DNA of 64,000 nucleotides from Torpedo marmorata. Its lineage: Eukaryota. The first letter of the stretch is position 1. Each line of letters opens with the position of its first letter. The translations under genes were made by a program, and so were the position numbers. Under the pieces are notes generated by a model. It saw only the letters and a program-made list of their open reading frames with translations, searched no databases and was not told the origin of the DNA. The stretch covers positions 66,340,001 to 66,404,000 of the forward strand of contig OZ360225.1 in NCBI GenBank assembly GCA_977017645.1. The letters are read 5' to 3'. Of this stretch, positions 50,984-64,000 are shown one piece after another.

Positions 50984-52559
50984 AAAACACAAATGCTGGA
51001 GAAACTCAGCAGGTCAAACAGTGTCTTTTATGTAGCAAAGGTAGAAATACATAACCGACGTTTCGGGCTTGAGCCCTTCATCAAAGTATGAGAAAATGCC
51101 GGCAGGCGTCCGAACAAAGGAGTGAGGGGGGAAGGGGGAAGGCAAAGGCAGGAGATGATAGGTGGAGAAAGGTGGGAGGGGACAGCAGCAAAGAGGGGGA
51201 GGAGGGTTGGCTAGGTAGCTGGAGAAAAACAGGAAGGACAGGTGAGGGGGGAGGGGAAGGGAACGACAAGCAGGTTTAGTGGAAAGCAGAAAAGTCAATG
51301 TTAATGCCATCTGGCTGGAGAGTGCCCAGACGGAATATGAGATGTTGTTCCTCCAATTTGCGGGTAGTCTGGGTGGGATAGTACATGAGGCCATGGACAG
51401 ACATGTGAGTGTGGGAGTGTGACCCGGAAATGAAATGGTTGGCTACTGGGAAGTCACTGTTGTTGCGGACGGAGAGGAGGTGCTCAGTAAAGCGGTCTCC
51501 CAATCTACGACCGGACTCTCCAATGTATAGAAAGCCACAAAGGGAGCACCGGATGCAGTAAATAAGTTCTCTGGATGTACAAGTGAAGTGTAGTTTCACT
51601 TGGAAGGCCTGTTTGGGGCCCTGGACCGTGGTGAGGGGGGAGGTGTGGGCGCAGGTGTTGCACCTCCTGCGGGCACAGGGGAAGGTTCCGGGGGTGCGAT
51701 GGGTGGGGAGGGATGAGTGCACGAGTGAATCGCGGAGGGAGCGGTCCCTACGGAAGGCCGAGAGGGGAGGAGAAGGAAAAATGTGTCTTGTGGTGGGATC
51801 CTGTAGTAAGTGCCGGAAATTCCTGCGGATAATGTGTTGGATGCGGAGGCTGGTGGGGTGGTAGGTGAGGATGAGGGGGATTCTATGTTTGTTGCGTCTG
51901 GGGGCAGAGGGGGCCAGGGCAGATGAGCGGGAAATGGAGGAGATGCGGGTGAGGGCTGAGTTGATGGTGGTGGAGGGGAAGCCACGTTTGTGGAAAAAGG
52001 CAGACATTTCAGAAGATCTGGAGTGGAACACCTCATCTTGGGAACAGATGCGGCGGAGGCGGAGAAATTGAGAGAAGGGGATGGAGTCCTTGCAGGGTAC
52101 AGGGTGTGAGGATGTGTAGTCCAGATAGTTGTGGGAGTTGGAGGGTTTGTAGTAAATGTCGGTGGAAAGCTTGTCTCCCGAGATGGAGACAGAGAGATCC
52201 AGGAAGGGGAGAGTGTTATCGGAAATGGACCAAGTGAGTTTGAGATCGTGGTGAAAGTTGGATGCGAAGTGGATGAAGTTGACAAGCTCATCGCGGGTGC
52301 ATGAGGCAGCCCTGATGTAGTCGTCGATATACCGGAGGAAGAGATGAGGGGTCTTGCCTGTGTAGGCTTGCAGCATGGATTGCTCCACAAAGCCCACAAA
52401 CAGGCAGGCGTAGCTGGGACCCATGCGGGTACCCATGGCTACTCCTTTGATTTGGAGGAAGTGGGATGAGTTGAAGGAGAAGTTATTGAGAGTGAGGACA
52501 AGTTCTGCCAGGCGGAGGAGGGTGGTGGTAGAGGGTAACTGGTCGGGTCTTTGGTCCAG
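50984..52559 (-). mobile_element. Penelope-like element (Neptune-type), 5'-truncated single arm with open RT-GIY-YIG frame
   Basis: ORF 51276-~52559: GVAMGTRMGPSYACLF, RYIDD, LPFLDL, YYKP, linker Cys cluster, GIY-YIG; TSD ggaaaataa at 50975-50983 and 52560-52568. The first ~20 aa of the 448-aa ORF come from flanking DNA. Confidence 0.92.
51050..51090 (-). ncRNA. Minimal hammerhead ribozyme motif
   Basis: Minus: catact-ttgatga-a-gggc-tcaa-gccc-gaaac-gtc-ggttatg. Confidence 0.72.
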
Positions 52560-54127
52560 GGAAAATAACCCCAGCTTCTCCAATTCCCCAATGTTACTGA
52601 GGTGACGCACACCTGGGGTCATATATTACCCATATTCTGAGGTACTCACAGCCAGAGCATTATATGGATGGATCAAATCAGCTTCTGATCATATCAACAG
52701 GTGCTGATGACAATAATGCTTTAACCTCAATTAAGGATATCATGTTCTGATTCTTAACTTGGCATGAATGTTATTTGTCGCTCAGTAGCCCAAGACTGAT
52801 ATTCAACAGATCTTGCAGAAAGCAATACTTTCCTTCATCATAGTGCAACCAACTAGGAGAAACACTGCACTGATTCAATAGGGTTCATTTGACAGTACCT
52901 CCCAACCCTATAATCTCCCTCATCTAGAAGGACAAAGGCAGCAAGTGTACAGGGGCCACCACTATCAGCAGGTTCCTCTCCAGGTAATGCACCATCTTAA
53001 CTTTTAAATATATTGTCAGTCCTTCACTGTTACTGGGTTAAAATCCTGGGACTCCCAGGCCAACTCTGCTCTGGAAGCACTTACATCAGATTCAAAAGGC
53101 AGCCAACATGCTAAAGGATGCATCATACCCCAGACACACTCTTTCTCCCTCCTCCCTTCATGGAGAAGGTTCATTGTGCACCAACAGGCTTAAGGGCAGT
53201 TTCTTCCCTCCAGTCATCAGGCTCCTGAATGAATCCTGCAACAGTGCACTCATACTGCCCTTGCTTGTACTAATTGATCCTTTTCATTGTCTCTCTACTC
53301 TCTGTAATTGTGGTCTTACTCTTCCACCTTTATACAGCTCTATGAATGACCTGCTAGACTGCTCGTGCAAGCACCCATCTCAGTGCACCTGGTATAATGT
53401 GACAAATAAACTTAAAATTAAAACTTGGAAGTGGCTCACCGCCAACTTCTGCATGGTAATTAGGGATCCCTCGTAAATGCCTTTGTCAATTAAGCACACC
53501 TCCAATGAGAACATGAAGAGTTCTAATTGTACATGAATATAGGAAATGACCTGCACATCAAAATATGTATGACATTGTAGCACCTCAGAATTTTTGCAAT
53601 AATATAAAATTGTGGCTGTGAAATATTGTCTAATATTTAAGAATTGCAACTACTGGTATATGTTTCAACGTCTAATTTTCTGGACTAGTCCTTAAAGAAA
53701 TAAACATTACTACCAAGCCTATTGGAAAAACGTTCACAAAGCAACTGTAATAAGATGTATTCATTTTGCAGACAATAGTTTGTAACCTGAGGAAGAAAAC
53801 GGCACATACATCGTGAAATGCTACGTATTTCCAGAGACTAACCACAAAATACCATGTTCGGCTTCAAGAATTAAGACTTGTGGTTGGATTGCAGGCTGAT
53901 TCCAAACCTGCTACCTGATTACAGTCATAGATGTAGAAGCGTAGTCTTTGGCAGAAAGACGTGTTTCTAAAGCATCGAGTGGATGCTGAAAAGTGAGATT
54001 TTCAGCAGTTGGATCTGCGGGCCTCCACCTGTGGGGGAAATTAATGCATTTTCACTTTTTCCAAGTGTGATCTTCAAAGGAGAATCATGAAACACGTGCT
54101 GAAAATTGTGCAGCAAGAACAAAGAGT

Positions 54128-55620
54128 GCAGATGTGGAGAGTCTGCAGAGAGATGTAGTTAGCTTAAATGAGTGGTCAAGGGTCTGGCAGATGGAGTACT
54201 ATGTTGGTAAATGTGAGGTCATCCACTTTGGAAGGAAAAATAGTAGATCAGATTATTATTTAAATTCTGAAAGATTGTCGCATTTTTTGTGCAGAGGGAC
54301 TTGGGGGTGCTTGTGCATGAATCACAAAAGATAGGTTTGCAGGTGGATCAGGTAACACTGGACAACAAATGTTTCCAAAAGGTTTGCTTCCTGAAAAATA
54401 ATTGGGGATTATGATAGACAACTTCAAACTGAACACAAAGATAATTTCAGATTTGGTGTATCACGCAGGAAGTTGGAGAAACATTAAATTAACTTTTATT
54501 GAATTTAGCATTACGCGTATACTCGCCACAAATGTAACAGAATGTATCACAGCTGTTGTGACATTGGTGAGAAATTTCTGCTGTATTGAATCTTCCTGAA
54601 GACAATAAATGCCATTTTTAAGTACACTCTATGCTATTCCCTGAAGAACATGTGCATCAACATGTGTTCAATCTATATCAATATAATGCACAACATCTGT
54701 ATATGTGAGCTGTTTTTATAGCCTGTCTGCATCTATCCTGACTAAGCATGCCCAAGCCTAAGACAATATTTGCATCGCACCTGCACTGAGTGCATGCTCA
54801 GGCACGCTTGGACTGACCAAAACAGCTTGCTTTGTGGGCAAGGTACTTGTAGACTTAAAATATGACAGGAAATCACAAAATAGGTTATATCTCGAAAATG
54901 GTACGTGATAGGAAAATTTAAAATTTAAAGGTGATTTTTGTGATCAGCAGCCAAAAATCCATAAAATACACTCAAACGTGTTCAGTAAGAAAAATCTTCC
55001 TTGAATTTAAGAGCAGTGAGGTTCTGCTGCAACTGTGCAGGGCATTGGTAAGAATACACCTGAAGTACTGCGTCCAATTCTGGTCTCCTTACTTGAGAAA
55101 ATATATACTGGCTTTGGGGCAGTGCAGAGGAAATTCACCAGGTTCATTCCAGAAATGAGGGGGTTAGCCTATGAGGAGAGGATATGAGGAGAGATCAAGT
55201 CACCCAAGTTTATACTCTCTGGAATTCATAAGAATGAGAGGGGTTCTCATGGTGAAAGGGATAGATAAGATAGAGGCAGGAAAGTTGTTCCACTGGTAGG
55301 TGAGACTAAAACTAGGGGACATAGCCTGAAGATTCAGGGGAGTAGATTTAGGATGGAGATGAAAAGGAACCGCTTTTCTCAGAGAGTAGTGAATCTGTGA
55401 AATTCTCTGCCCAAGGAGGCAGGTGAGGCTGCCTCATTAAATATATTTAAGACACAGTTATATAGATTTTTGTACAGTAGGAGAATTAAGGGTTATGGGG
55501 AAAATGCAGGTAGGTGGAGTTGCATCAACGGCCAGATCAACCATGATCTTGTTGAATGGCAGAGGAGGCTCGACGGGCCAGACAGCCGACTCCTGCTCCT
55601 ATTCCTTACTTTCTTATGTT
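54128..55620 (+). mobile_element. CR1 3' portion split by an insertion at 54356-54998
   Basis: LQRDVVSLNEWSRVWQMEYYVGKCEVIHFG before, LVRIHLKYCVQFWSPYLRK after, then CR1 3' UTR. Confidence 0.8.
54356..54998. mobile_element. Non-autonomous DNA transposon with CAC terminus (Chapaev/CMC-like, tentative)
   Basis: Begins cactggacaacaaa; subterminal aaggtttgcttcctgaa is an imperfect inverted match to ttcagtaagaaaaatctt at the right end; extreme right terminus missing. Confidence 0.5.
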
Positions 55621-56049
55621 GTGCAGCAAATAGTAAAACTGCAGTATATTCATAGGCAGCAACCACTGGTGAATGTACACTTGATAGATGAAATGCCTGA
55701 TGGCAGAACATGCAGGCTCAGAAGCCCTTGGGGGGTATGAATCGAAGTGCAGTAGAGTTCAAACAAAGGGCACCGAGCACGTTGTGGATTGCAACAAAGG
55801 TAGGTCCAAATTAAGCAAGCAGTCTGTGTCATTAATAGTTGCAATGGTTTCATGAGGGGAGTGGAATTAACCATCAAGTCAGAACTAAACTTTAAACCTT
55901 TTGCTAACACAATAAATCTGTGATTGCTGGCAAGTGGCTGTGGCTTTTTGCCAGCAAGAAAAAAAGAACAGCAGGGAGTAACCTGAAGGATGGGGTTAGA
56001 TACACCACAGGAACAGTCTATGATATAACACTATTATCAAAAAAGTCTT

Positions 56050-56550
56050 AAAGTGACCTCTCTGATCCCCACATTTTCACTCTGTCCTTGTGTTTGGTAT
56101 GTCTATTCCATCCCAAGCATTCCAAGCTCGCCTTCAGCAGACCTTGACTCCGGGCTAACCAAAACATTTTAAAATCCTCATCCTTGTTTTCAAATCCTTC
56201 TCTGGTGTCATCCCTCCTTATATCTGCAATTTGCTCTAGTCTATGATATGCTGGGAGAATTGTGCTGTTCCATTTCTGATCTCTCTCCATCTCGATGCAT
56301 TTAATCGTTCTACCATTGCCAGCTGTGCCTTCCAGTGCCGAAGGTCTGAAATTCTCCTCTTAAACCTCAACACCATTCCTCCTCCTTTAAAATGTTCCTT
56401 AACATTTACCACTTTGGCCAAGCTTTTGATCAGCTGAACTAACAGTTCTGAATACAGCTGGGTATCAAATTTTGTTTAATGACACTCCCCTGGGGCACCC
56501 TGATGCTTTGCAGTGTTATAAGTATGGGATAAATACAAGTTATTATTTAA
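56050..56550 (+). mobile_element. Old L2-like LINE 3' remnant
   Basis: tttaaaatcctcatccttgttttcaaatcc...ccattgccagctgtgccttccag...ataaatacaagttattatt tail. Confidence 0.5.
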
Positions 56551-59500
56551 TAGCATTGTTTGATAATTAATGAATGGAAAAAGACAGTTTAAAAAAAGAT
56601 TCAAAATTAATTAATTGAAGAGAGAAAGAGTAGAAACAGAAGAGGTGATAAAAGAGTAAAATGGCAGAATGCATTCAAGATAATCCACTCACTCTGGTAG
56701 ACCCATTAACTTGGAATTCCAAAATACTTTTGGGATCCCGACTACAGAATGAAATATTACATCCTGTAAGAATTCTAATGCTTGCTCTGCTCTTTCCAGC
56801 AATGTGCTAAAGGTGAGATAGAGATGAGAAACACACTGAAGCAGTTATTGATCAAGTGCTCAGTCTGTTCCTTGGCGAGTATCGAACAAATGTGAGGATC
56901 ATTCAACTAAAGCTGTGTCAGGGGAGCTGTGACAATACACTTACAACCAATTACAGAAATTAGTTGTGTAACTTATGATCACCAAAAGATAACCCTTTAA
57001 CCTGTAAAGATTTTCCCATAAGTTCAATCCCCAACCACTGAAGCTTGTTTTGCAGAATGGTACTTACTCAATATATCATCTTGCAATGACACTGTCAAAA
57101 TGAAAAAAATCTTTTTCCCTTTTTAAACATAAGTGCATCAATCATCCTAAACTATGAAACTTTAACAATATCGCGAAATAAATGTGAATATACCACATTT
57201 GGAAATCAGACAAAAGGATGAAAACAGGGAACTTAAATTTAATGCAAAGTACTGGAAAAATGCCAAAAGGTGTACACTTAGCGCATGTTGGTGTTTACAA
57301 TTATGTGAGTATTCATTGTATTTAAAACCTTAAAGACCAGCAGTTCTGCAGCACAAATATCGATAGCATGAACATGGCCTAGCAGGTACACATCAGAAAA
57401 TCATTGTACACAATTATTTTTATGAAAATTAATGTGAACGATCATCATTCTCGTCACATTCTCCGCAGCAAGGTGTCTGTGTAACAATAAGGATCTGCTC
57501 CAGCTCAAAGTTCTTTATCACATGTACATCAGTAGGAGTGATGAGAGATGTCCCATGATTCCAGCAGTCCTCGTTTGATGGCTCCACATGCTAATTACTG
57601 CACTAATTATGGTTCCTGAATATCCAAATGAAGTAAGCAGTCTATGGGAGGTACAGGCACAAATCTCAGGAATGAGAAAATACTGGGTGCAGAACTCAAC
57701 ACGCACTGACAGATTGCAAAAGATTTTTATAAAGTAGAAATGAAAGAATGATCATCATTAATAATGAGCATAGCATGAGGAAAAATATATTATTTTATAC
57801 CAATAACGTCATAAAGGTTACAAAGAGGGCTGAAGGTAAGCAGTCTTAATTTATGGCTTCTTCCATTTGTTATTAGGAAACCATAATTGTTCCTAATAAT
57901 TAGCATCAGAATACATCACAATCTGACAACAAAATTATAGAAATCTTCATATTCAAATACTCTAAGCTTGCTATTACAAACAGTTTCTGATTAAAACCCA
58001 TTAGTTGAAGTGTTGACGAGTTCTTGATTGCCAGTGAGTAACCCAGCGGTGTAAATGTGAATTAAGCACAAGTGTAAGTGTTCCTGTTAACTTAGTGGTA
58101 TTTTTTGAAAATGTTTGCTGATGTTTCACTCAATACAAAAAAAGGTGATGCTTTAACATTTGGAAAAGCATGCCTTTGTGAAGATTTTACATCAATACCA
58201 CCATTTGTGTTTAAGATTTAAGCACTGTAATTATTGTTACATTTTTCTTTGCTTTCTTACCTCCCCTGCTTTGCGAACGATCTCTCACCATCCCTGCTCT
58301 TCCTTCTTCAGCAGACAAAATTGAATGCTCTGGGCCATCATTTCCACAGCCCTTCACAGATCAACACATAGCAAGGGTACCTTTCATGGGAGTGTGCAGT
58401 TCTACCCTTCACTCCATCCACTTTTACACGCCTAACCCCCAAGGAAAAAGGTCATTCCACAGTGATGTGCAGCGGACCCAGAAATGTGGGAAACTCTGCT
58501 AAGGTTAGAACCAGACATGAAACATCCTATTTTGGCCTTTCAATGTGCCAGTTATCGATGTCATATTACAAAACTATTGTTTACCAATTGTGCTTTAAAT
58601 CTACTGTAATGTGCATGATGCCCATATCTGTAATTATGTTGCAGTTAACAAACATTCAATGAGGATACATGGAATGGAATTAACTTGAAAGAAAATAGTT
58701 CACAAAATACATCCTTCCACATAACTTTGGTTGGGAGCATTCCTCGAGGTTCCATCACGACCTCCCACATCAGAACATCCATGTACACATTCCTGCCACG
58801 AGTCTACCTTCCAAGTGTGCAGGCTTTCTCCACCATTGGAAAAGCAAACAGCCGACATTGTCTAAATGGATAATGTTGGAAATGCTTTTTGTGGGTAGTT
58901 CCATTTGTCACCACATTTAAAGAAGGAAGTTTGAACAAGGAAGCAATTTGGTGTCTTTTCAAGCTTCGTGTGGATAACCCCAGGCAGGTGGTCATCATCT
59001 TTTCACCCACTGGGAAAATCACCCTGCTATCTCCCATTGCCGGTATTTTTATAAACAACAGTATTGATGGAAGTGAAAAACAATAATGTTCTGGAGACAA
59101 TTCCAAGCAATAGAAATTCATCCTTGAATGTAACTGAATATCAGAAGTGGCTACATTATGCACTTAGCATGTGAGATCAAGGATACAATTCTCCCCCGAG
59201 TCTCCAGCATATGTATCACACCCAATACAAATAATATAACAATTAATAGAATACATTTACACAATGAAATACTCAATGTGACCAAGCTGTTTGAATCCTT
59301 CAATCATTATTTTGAATTAAGATACTCTACTGGCTTTGTTGTGATATCAATGAACTCAGCTGACATCAGCAAGCACGGATTTTTAAGCAACTAATTTTGT
59401 CATTGCAAAAATAATGTGTGATTACTTTGCAGCTATATTTTATCTCATAAAATCAATATGTCTCAAGGTTATTATTTCTGATGCACTGACTAACCTGCTG

Positions 59501-60189
59501 TATTTTTGCATTAAGTCAACATACACAGAGGGAACTTGTGGAACTGGTTTTCTGGGTATATTTGAGTCTGGTATATTCTATCTTGGTGCAGAAATCGCTC
59601 TGCTGTTCCCAGATACAGTGATCTTTTATGTCAAAGGTGAGTCGATACAAAAAGAAATATCTTGTTTTACTTTGGCATAGTTTCTAACGTATTAGAGAAG
59701 AACTTGGATTTGTTAAGCACCTTGAACATAAAGTGTCAGAGAGCACCTTTACAGGAAGCCTAAAGAACAGCAACATGCATATGTGCTTCTTCTGCTTTTG
59801 GTGATGTTGGTTGAGAGATAGATGTTGCCAGATTACAGGGAGAACCTGGGAAACAGGACTACCTTCCAATGAATAGTTTCAGGGGCCCATTTATATACAC
59901 CTGAATAGGCAGCCGAGGCTCTGGTTCAAAATATAACTTGAAAAACAGCTCATTTTCCTTTTCTGCACTGAAGTGACTTGCGTGCTAGAATCCCAATAGT
60001 GAGACTCAGATGCCCAACTTTCTGACTTAGAGGTGGCAGCCACTGAGAAAATCTGACACTTTTCTGATAACTGCTTTTTAAATCTGAATTAGTTCCTTAT
60101 CATTTTATCTATTCCCAATTCCCTTCTAAATATTTTTTATATACAGCATTGTACACAAATTGTACAAAGCTAATTCAGTACAGGAAATA

Positions 60190-60520
60190 ATAACTTGTAT
60201 TTTTGTACTTTTCACAATCTCAATTGTTCCAAAGCACTTTCTAGACAATGAAGTACTTTTGTAAACATGGCCACTGTTTTAATGTAGAGAAATGCAGCAA
60301 CCCATCTGTGCACAGCAAAATTCAACAGCAAGAGTCAATAATCAGATAATCTGTTTTTAGTTACATTGGCTAAATAATAAATATTAGTCAGAGAACTGGG
60401 GAGAACTTTCTGCAAACAGTACCATGGGATCTTGAACTTCCTTCTGAGAGAGTAGAGGGAGGTTTCATGCAAAAATTGTGTCTCTGATAATGCAGTACTC
60501 TTCTGAACTGCACTGTGAAT
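60190..60520 (-). mobile_element. Ancient DeuSINE-like remnant
   Basis: ccaaagcactttctagacaatgaagtactttt...gcagcaacccatctgtgcacagcaa...ccatgggatctt. Confidence 0.55.
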
Positions 60521-60779
60521 GTCAGAAAAAATGTGCAATGGCTGACTTCATGCAATCAAAGGAGAACTTCATCTTTAAGGGAAAGAATGGCAGTGGTTTG
60601 AAATTGAATCCTGGCCCAGATCTTTATCTGTTTTCCTTTTATGAATTGCACTTGAGCAAGAAGTTCATATTATTACAAATAATCATGTTCATCTGATCAA
60701 CAAATACACATTTCTGACTTGAATCTGCATCAGAGACCACTTAGCAATATATTCTTATGTCAAAAGGGTTCCGTGAGCA

Positions 60780-61270
60780 CAAGTTGATTTAGATGATGGA
60801 ATTGATTGCTTTGTGGCCAAGTTTACAGATGATATGAAGATAGATGGAAGGGCAGGTAATGTTGAGGGAGTCTGCAGAGCGACTTGGACAGGTTGGGAGA
60901 ATGGACAAAGAAGTGACAGATGGAATACAGCACAGGGAAAGTGTTTGGTCATGCACTTTGGTGGAAGGAATAAAGGCATAAGCTATTTTCTAAATGGGGA
61001 GAGAATTCAGAAAGCTTAGGTCCAAAGGGACTTGGGAGGTTGAGTCATCAGTAAGGAAGGCAAATTCAATGTTGGCACAGATGGCTGTGGAGGTAAAGTT
61101 AATGGGTATATTTAAAGCAGAGGTTGGTAGGTTCATGTAAGAGTGTCAAAGGTCATCAGGAGAAGGCAGGAGAATGGGGTTGAGAGGAAAAATATATCAG
61201 CCATGATTTGAATGGCAGAGAAGACTTGATGGACCGAATGGCTTAATTCCATTCCTGTTTTATGGTCTTA
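60780..61270 (+). mobile_element. Internally deleted CR1 fragment
   Basis: AKFTDDMKI, KCLVMHFG motifs followed directly by CR1 3' UTR (atcagccatgatttgaatggcagag). Confidence 0.75.
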
Positions 61271-64000
61271 AGATTATCTTGTTAAGTGTTGCAAAGCATT
61301 TAATACCTCCCCACAACACGCAGGACAGGAGAAGACATAAAGGTTTTTGATTGGAGAAACGCGCCTATGAACCCATCGGTTCTCCAAGTAGAGGTGAAAA
61401 ATTACATTAACAAAAGCATCAGTACTTGCATACACCACAAATATTCCCAAATGAAAAGTGGCAGCACAGACTACGATCATTCTCCAAAATGTCAGTGTGC
61501 TTTAACAGTACATATTTCCCACTGCAGGCACTGCTTCTAGGTTTGATGACTTAATTGTGTACTTTCTGTGAAGAACTCCAAAATCTTCAAAGTTGATTAG
61601 GTGGCTAAACCAGATTTCAAAAGTTAAATAATAGGTTTATGGATTGATCTTTTAAAATTAAGCCATGATAACTGCTACAGAGATCTGATAAAACTGATAT
61701 ACGCAACAAATAAAATAAGGCCAAAAAATATTTGAAGATTTGTACCTATTAGCCTTCATTTCAAGAGACTGCACACACTCTATCAGACTCTGGAGAGTGC
61801 AGTCAATACTCTGCATAGCAAACTTATAACAATGGCCAGATCGGCCAGAGGTCAAGAGCATGTGAATAAGAACTGTGCTTTCTAAGCTTACCAATTCAAG
61901 ACTGTGCATCACAAACCTGACTCAGTGAGGTGGGGGGTATTCTTTTACTTTGTGGCACTGTTTCAGTATGTTGTAACAATAAGATTTACCATAGTGTGGA
62001 TGAACCTTTCATTACCTTGATCTACTAACCTCATTCCAACAGACTGAAATGGATCTCATTTCATTTTTTTTGGAGAAAAAGTTTAGGGATGGGACAGATA
62101 GTTAATAAAAGGGTTAAGTAAATTATGAAGTGCAACATTTATTAAAATATACCTTACTAAGAACACCAAACAGGGATTTGTTTAGATTACCACAAGATTG
62201 GGCAAACAATATTTATGCTATATTTACCTGAATGAAGCAATTGGACGATATTTACTCTTAAGAATGGCTAAATATAGTCTTTTACAGAATACCAGCACCA
62301 CCATAGTGGGAGGTTTGTTCTGATGTACATCTTTAAACTGACAAGCTGTAGAATTCCTAATGAATGCCTTCTTTCTTCTGTATGTCTGTATATATTTGAC
62401 AGTATAAATATTTAGCAATCTCTGAGTCAGCTTGTGATTTTACCCAGATGGACTGATTGATGTCTCATTTTGACATTGCCAAAGATGATTTGTGCAGTTA
62501 CACAAAGTGTTTTTTTCTTTCTTCTATTTCACAAGCAGCAATTAGGCATCTGATCGCAAACACTCTTAAGTGTCTTAAATAGCGAAAAATACTTTTAGCA
62601 GTTACTGTTTCTTCACAGGAATAAATTAAGTTTAAAACATTTTGTATCTTTAACAGATTAGCAACTTATCAGCAAAAACTATAAGGGTTAAGTTGAATTA
62701 CAAAGTAAATATGCAATTGACAACAAAATGTATCAGAATAATTAATGATGCAATTAAAAATGTACAACTGCAAACAATATTCTGTCAAAAAACATGCCTA
62801 AAATGAGATTCCCTAAGTAATCTAAAAATAAATCTCATTTTTTTAGTTGTGGATATTACACTACAAGTCTCCAAAGGGTTAAACATAAAAAGACTCCTTT
62901 TAGTTTTCAAGAATTTTATCAAAAAAAGATCTATATCTGTGAAAAAAAGTTGTGTCAATCACATTCTAATGTAATGTCAATTATTACGCTGGATGCAAAG
63001 GTACGATTTACATCCATATAGACAAGTTAATTACTGTAAACAGGACAAGTTCTATTTAGCAATCTTTACTTTCAAAGAAAGGAGGACGTGCCATTAGTCT
63101 GACAATTCTGGCAACACAATTCTGCGTTTAAAACAGCAATATTTTTTTCTTTCCAAAATCTACAGAGACCAATTTTATCTCATTAAGGCAAAATGTTACA
63201 CAGAACCTTTCTGGACTGGAATCTTCACTCACACCACAACATTCTGAGTAATATTTCAACCTTTGTAAATTCATTATAGATAAGAACAACACGGTAGAAA
63301 CAAGGTACAGTCCTGCTTTGACCCCAGGGTCCATAATCGTACTCACTATGTAGAATTCTTAAAATATATAGAACAAGGTTTTCTGACAAGTGAAGAAATG
63401 AGGCCCTGTAAGTTGTGCAGTTCAGCCCTTGTAAACCTGCAGCAAAGGTACTCTACAGCAACCTTGCCATATGGAGATACAGCTGTAGCAGATCCCCATT
63501 AGTTTACTGGTTCTAGCTCCACAAGATGCAGCTCAGCCATTTGACATAGTGACGACTCTCATTGCTTTTAATGCAGTTTTTTTTTGAGGGGTGATTTGGG
63601 AAGCATAATAAATTAAAGTAAATGTATTCCATTTGAGGGCAGTTTCTATTTTATTGAATTTGAATAGTAGTAAATTTGCTATTGACCAGATATGGACTGT
63701 GCAGCCCTGAAGCTTAATCCAATGATCTCCATTTACTTGATTATTATATATTGTATCCTCAATCTATCAACCTACCCAGACCCAATTACTGACAGTCATT
63801 GTGCTCTTCCCTTGTAACCCAAAGAAAGGGAAAGCAGCAAAAACAAAGAGTACAGATGGTTAAATTTTATGAGTGATGGCTGGTTTCAGACAACACACAC
63901 ACAATATACATGGCAGTGGTAGGATTACATACGCACAAATGAATGAAAAATGACTGTACCTTATGGGCAAAGTTTCCAGTGAGCCGTATTGTTTCACAAA

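Noticed and set aside
51596-52399. 267-aa Pro/Ser/Thr-rich alternative-frame ORF (and 27176-27778)
   Set aside because: Overlapping frame caused by C-rich strand bias of the PLE; no domain features.
51276-52622. 448-aa ORF as a domesticated RT gene with own ATG
   Set aside because: N-terminal ~20 aa are flanking decayed LINE sequence beyond the TSD; RT is 5'-truncated and lacks the first catalytic motif; fortuitous in-frame ATG.

Overview
Eukaryotic, repeat-rich vertebrate DNA; the repeat families (V-SINE/HE1-like, DeuSINE-like, CR1, Rex-Babar, Neptune-type Penelope) suggest a cartilaginous fish (inference). The only host gene evidence is the terminal coding exon of ZNF407 on the minus strand (8050-9419, phase-1 acceptor). 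Everything from 9420 to the window end appears to be one giant intron (>54 kb; I saw no upstream exon). The window is packed with TEs: a Penelope-like element (PLE) family present as two TSD-flanked head-to-head palindromes and one single-arm copy, each arm carrying a minimal hammerhead-ribozyme motif; two pogo-superfamily DD35D transposons (one with an intact 441-aa transposase, one frameshifted); a composite hAT MITE moved as one unit; an internally deleted Gmr1-type Gypsy LTR element with a tRNA-Pro PBS; a near full-length Rex-Babar LINE; a near full-length CR1 with an esterase ORF1; plus SINEs and MITEs. I see no clearly new biological system. The most interesting signals are the ribozyme-bearing PLE palindromes, the intact sense-oriented transposase inside ZNF407, and the composite MITE. 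Most short ORFs in the track are spurious or antisense to TEs.
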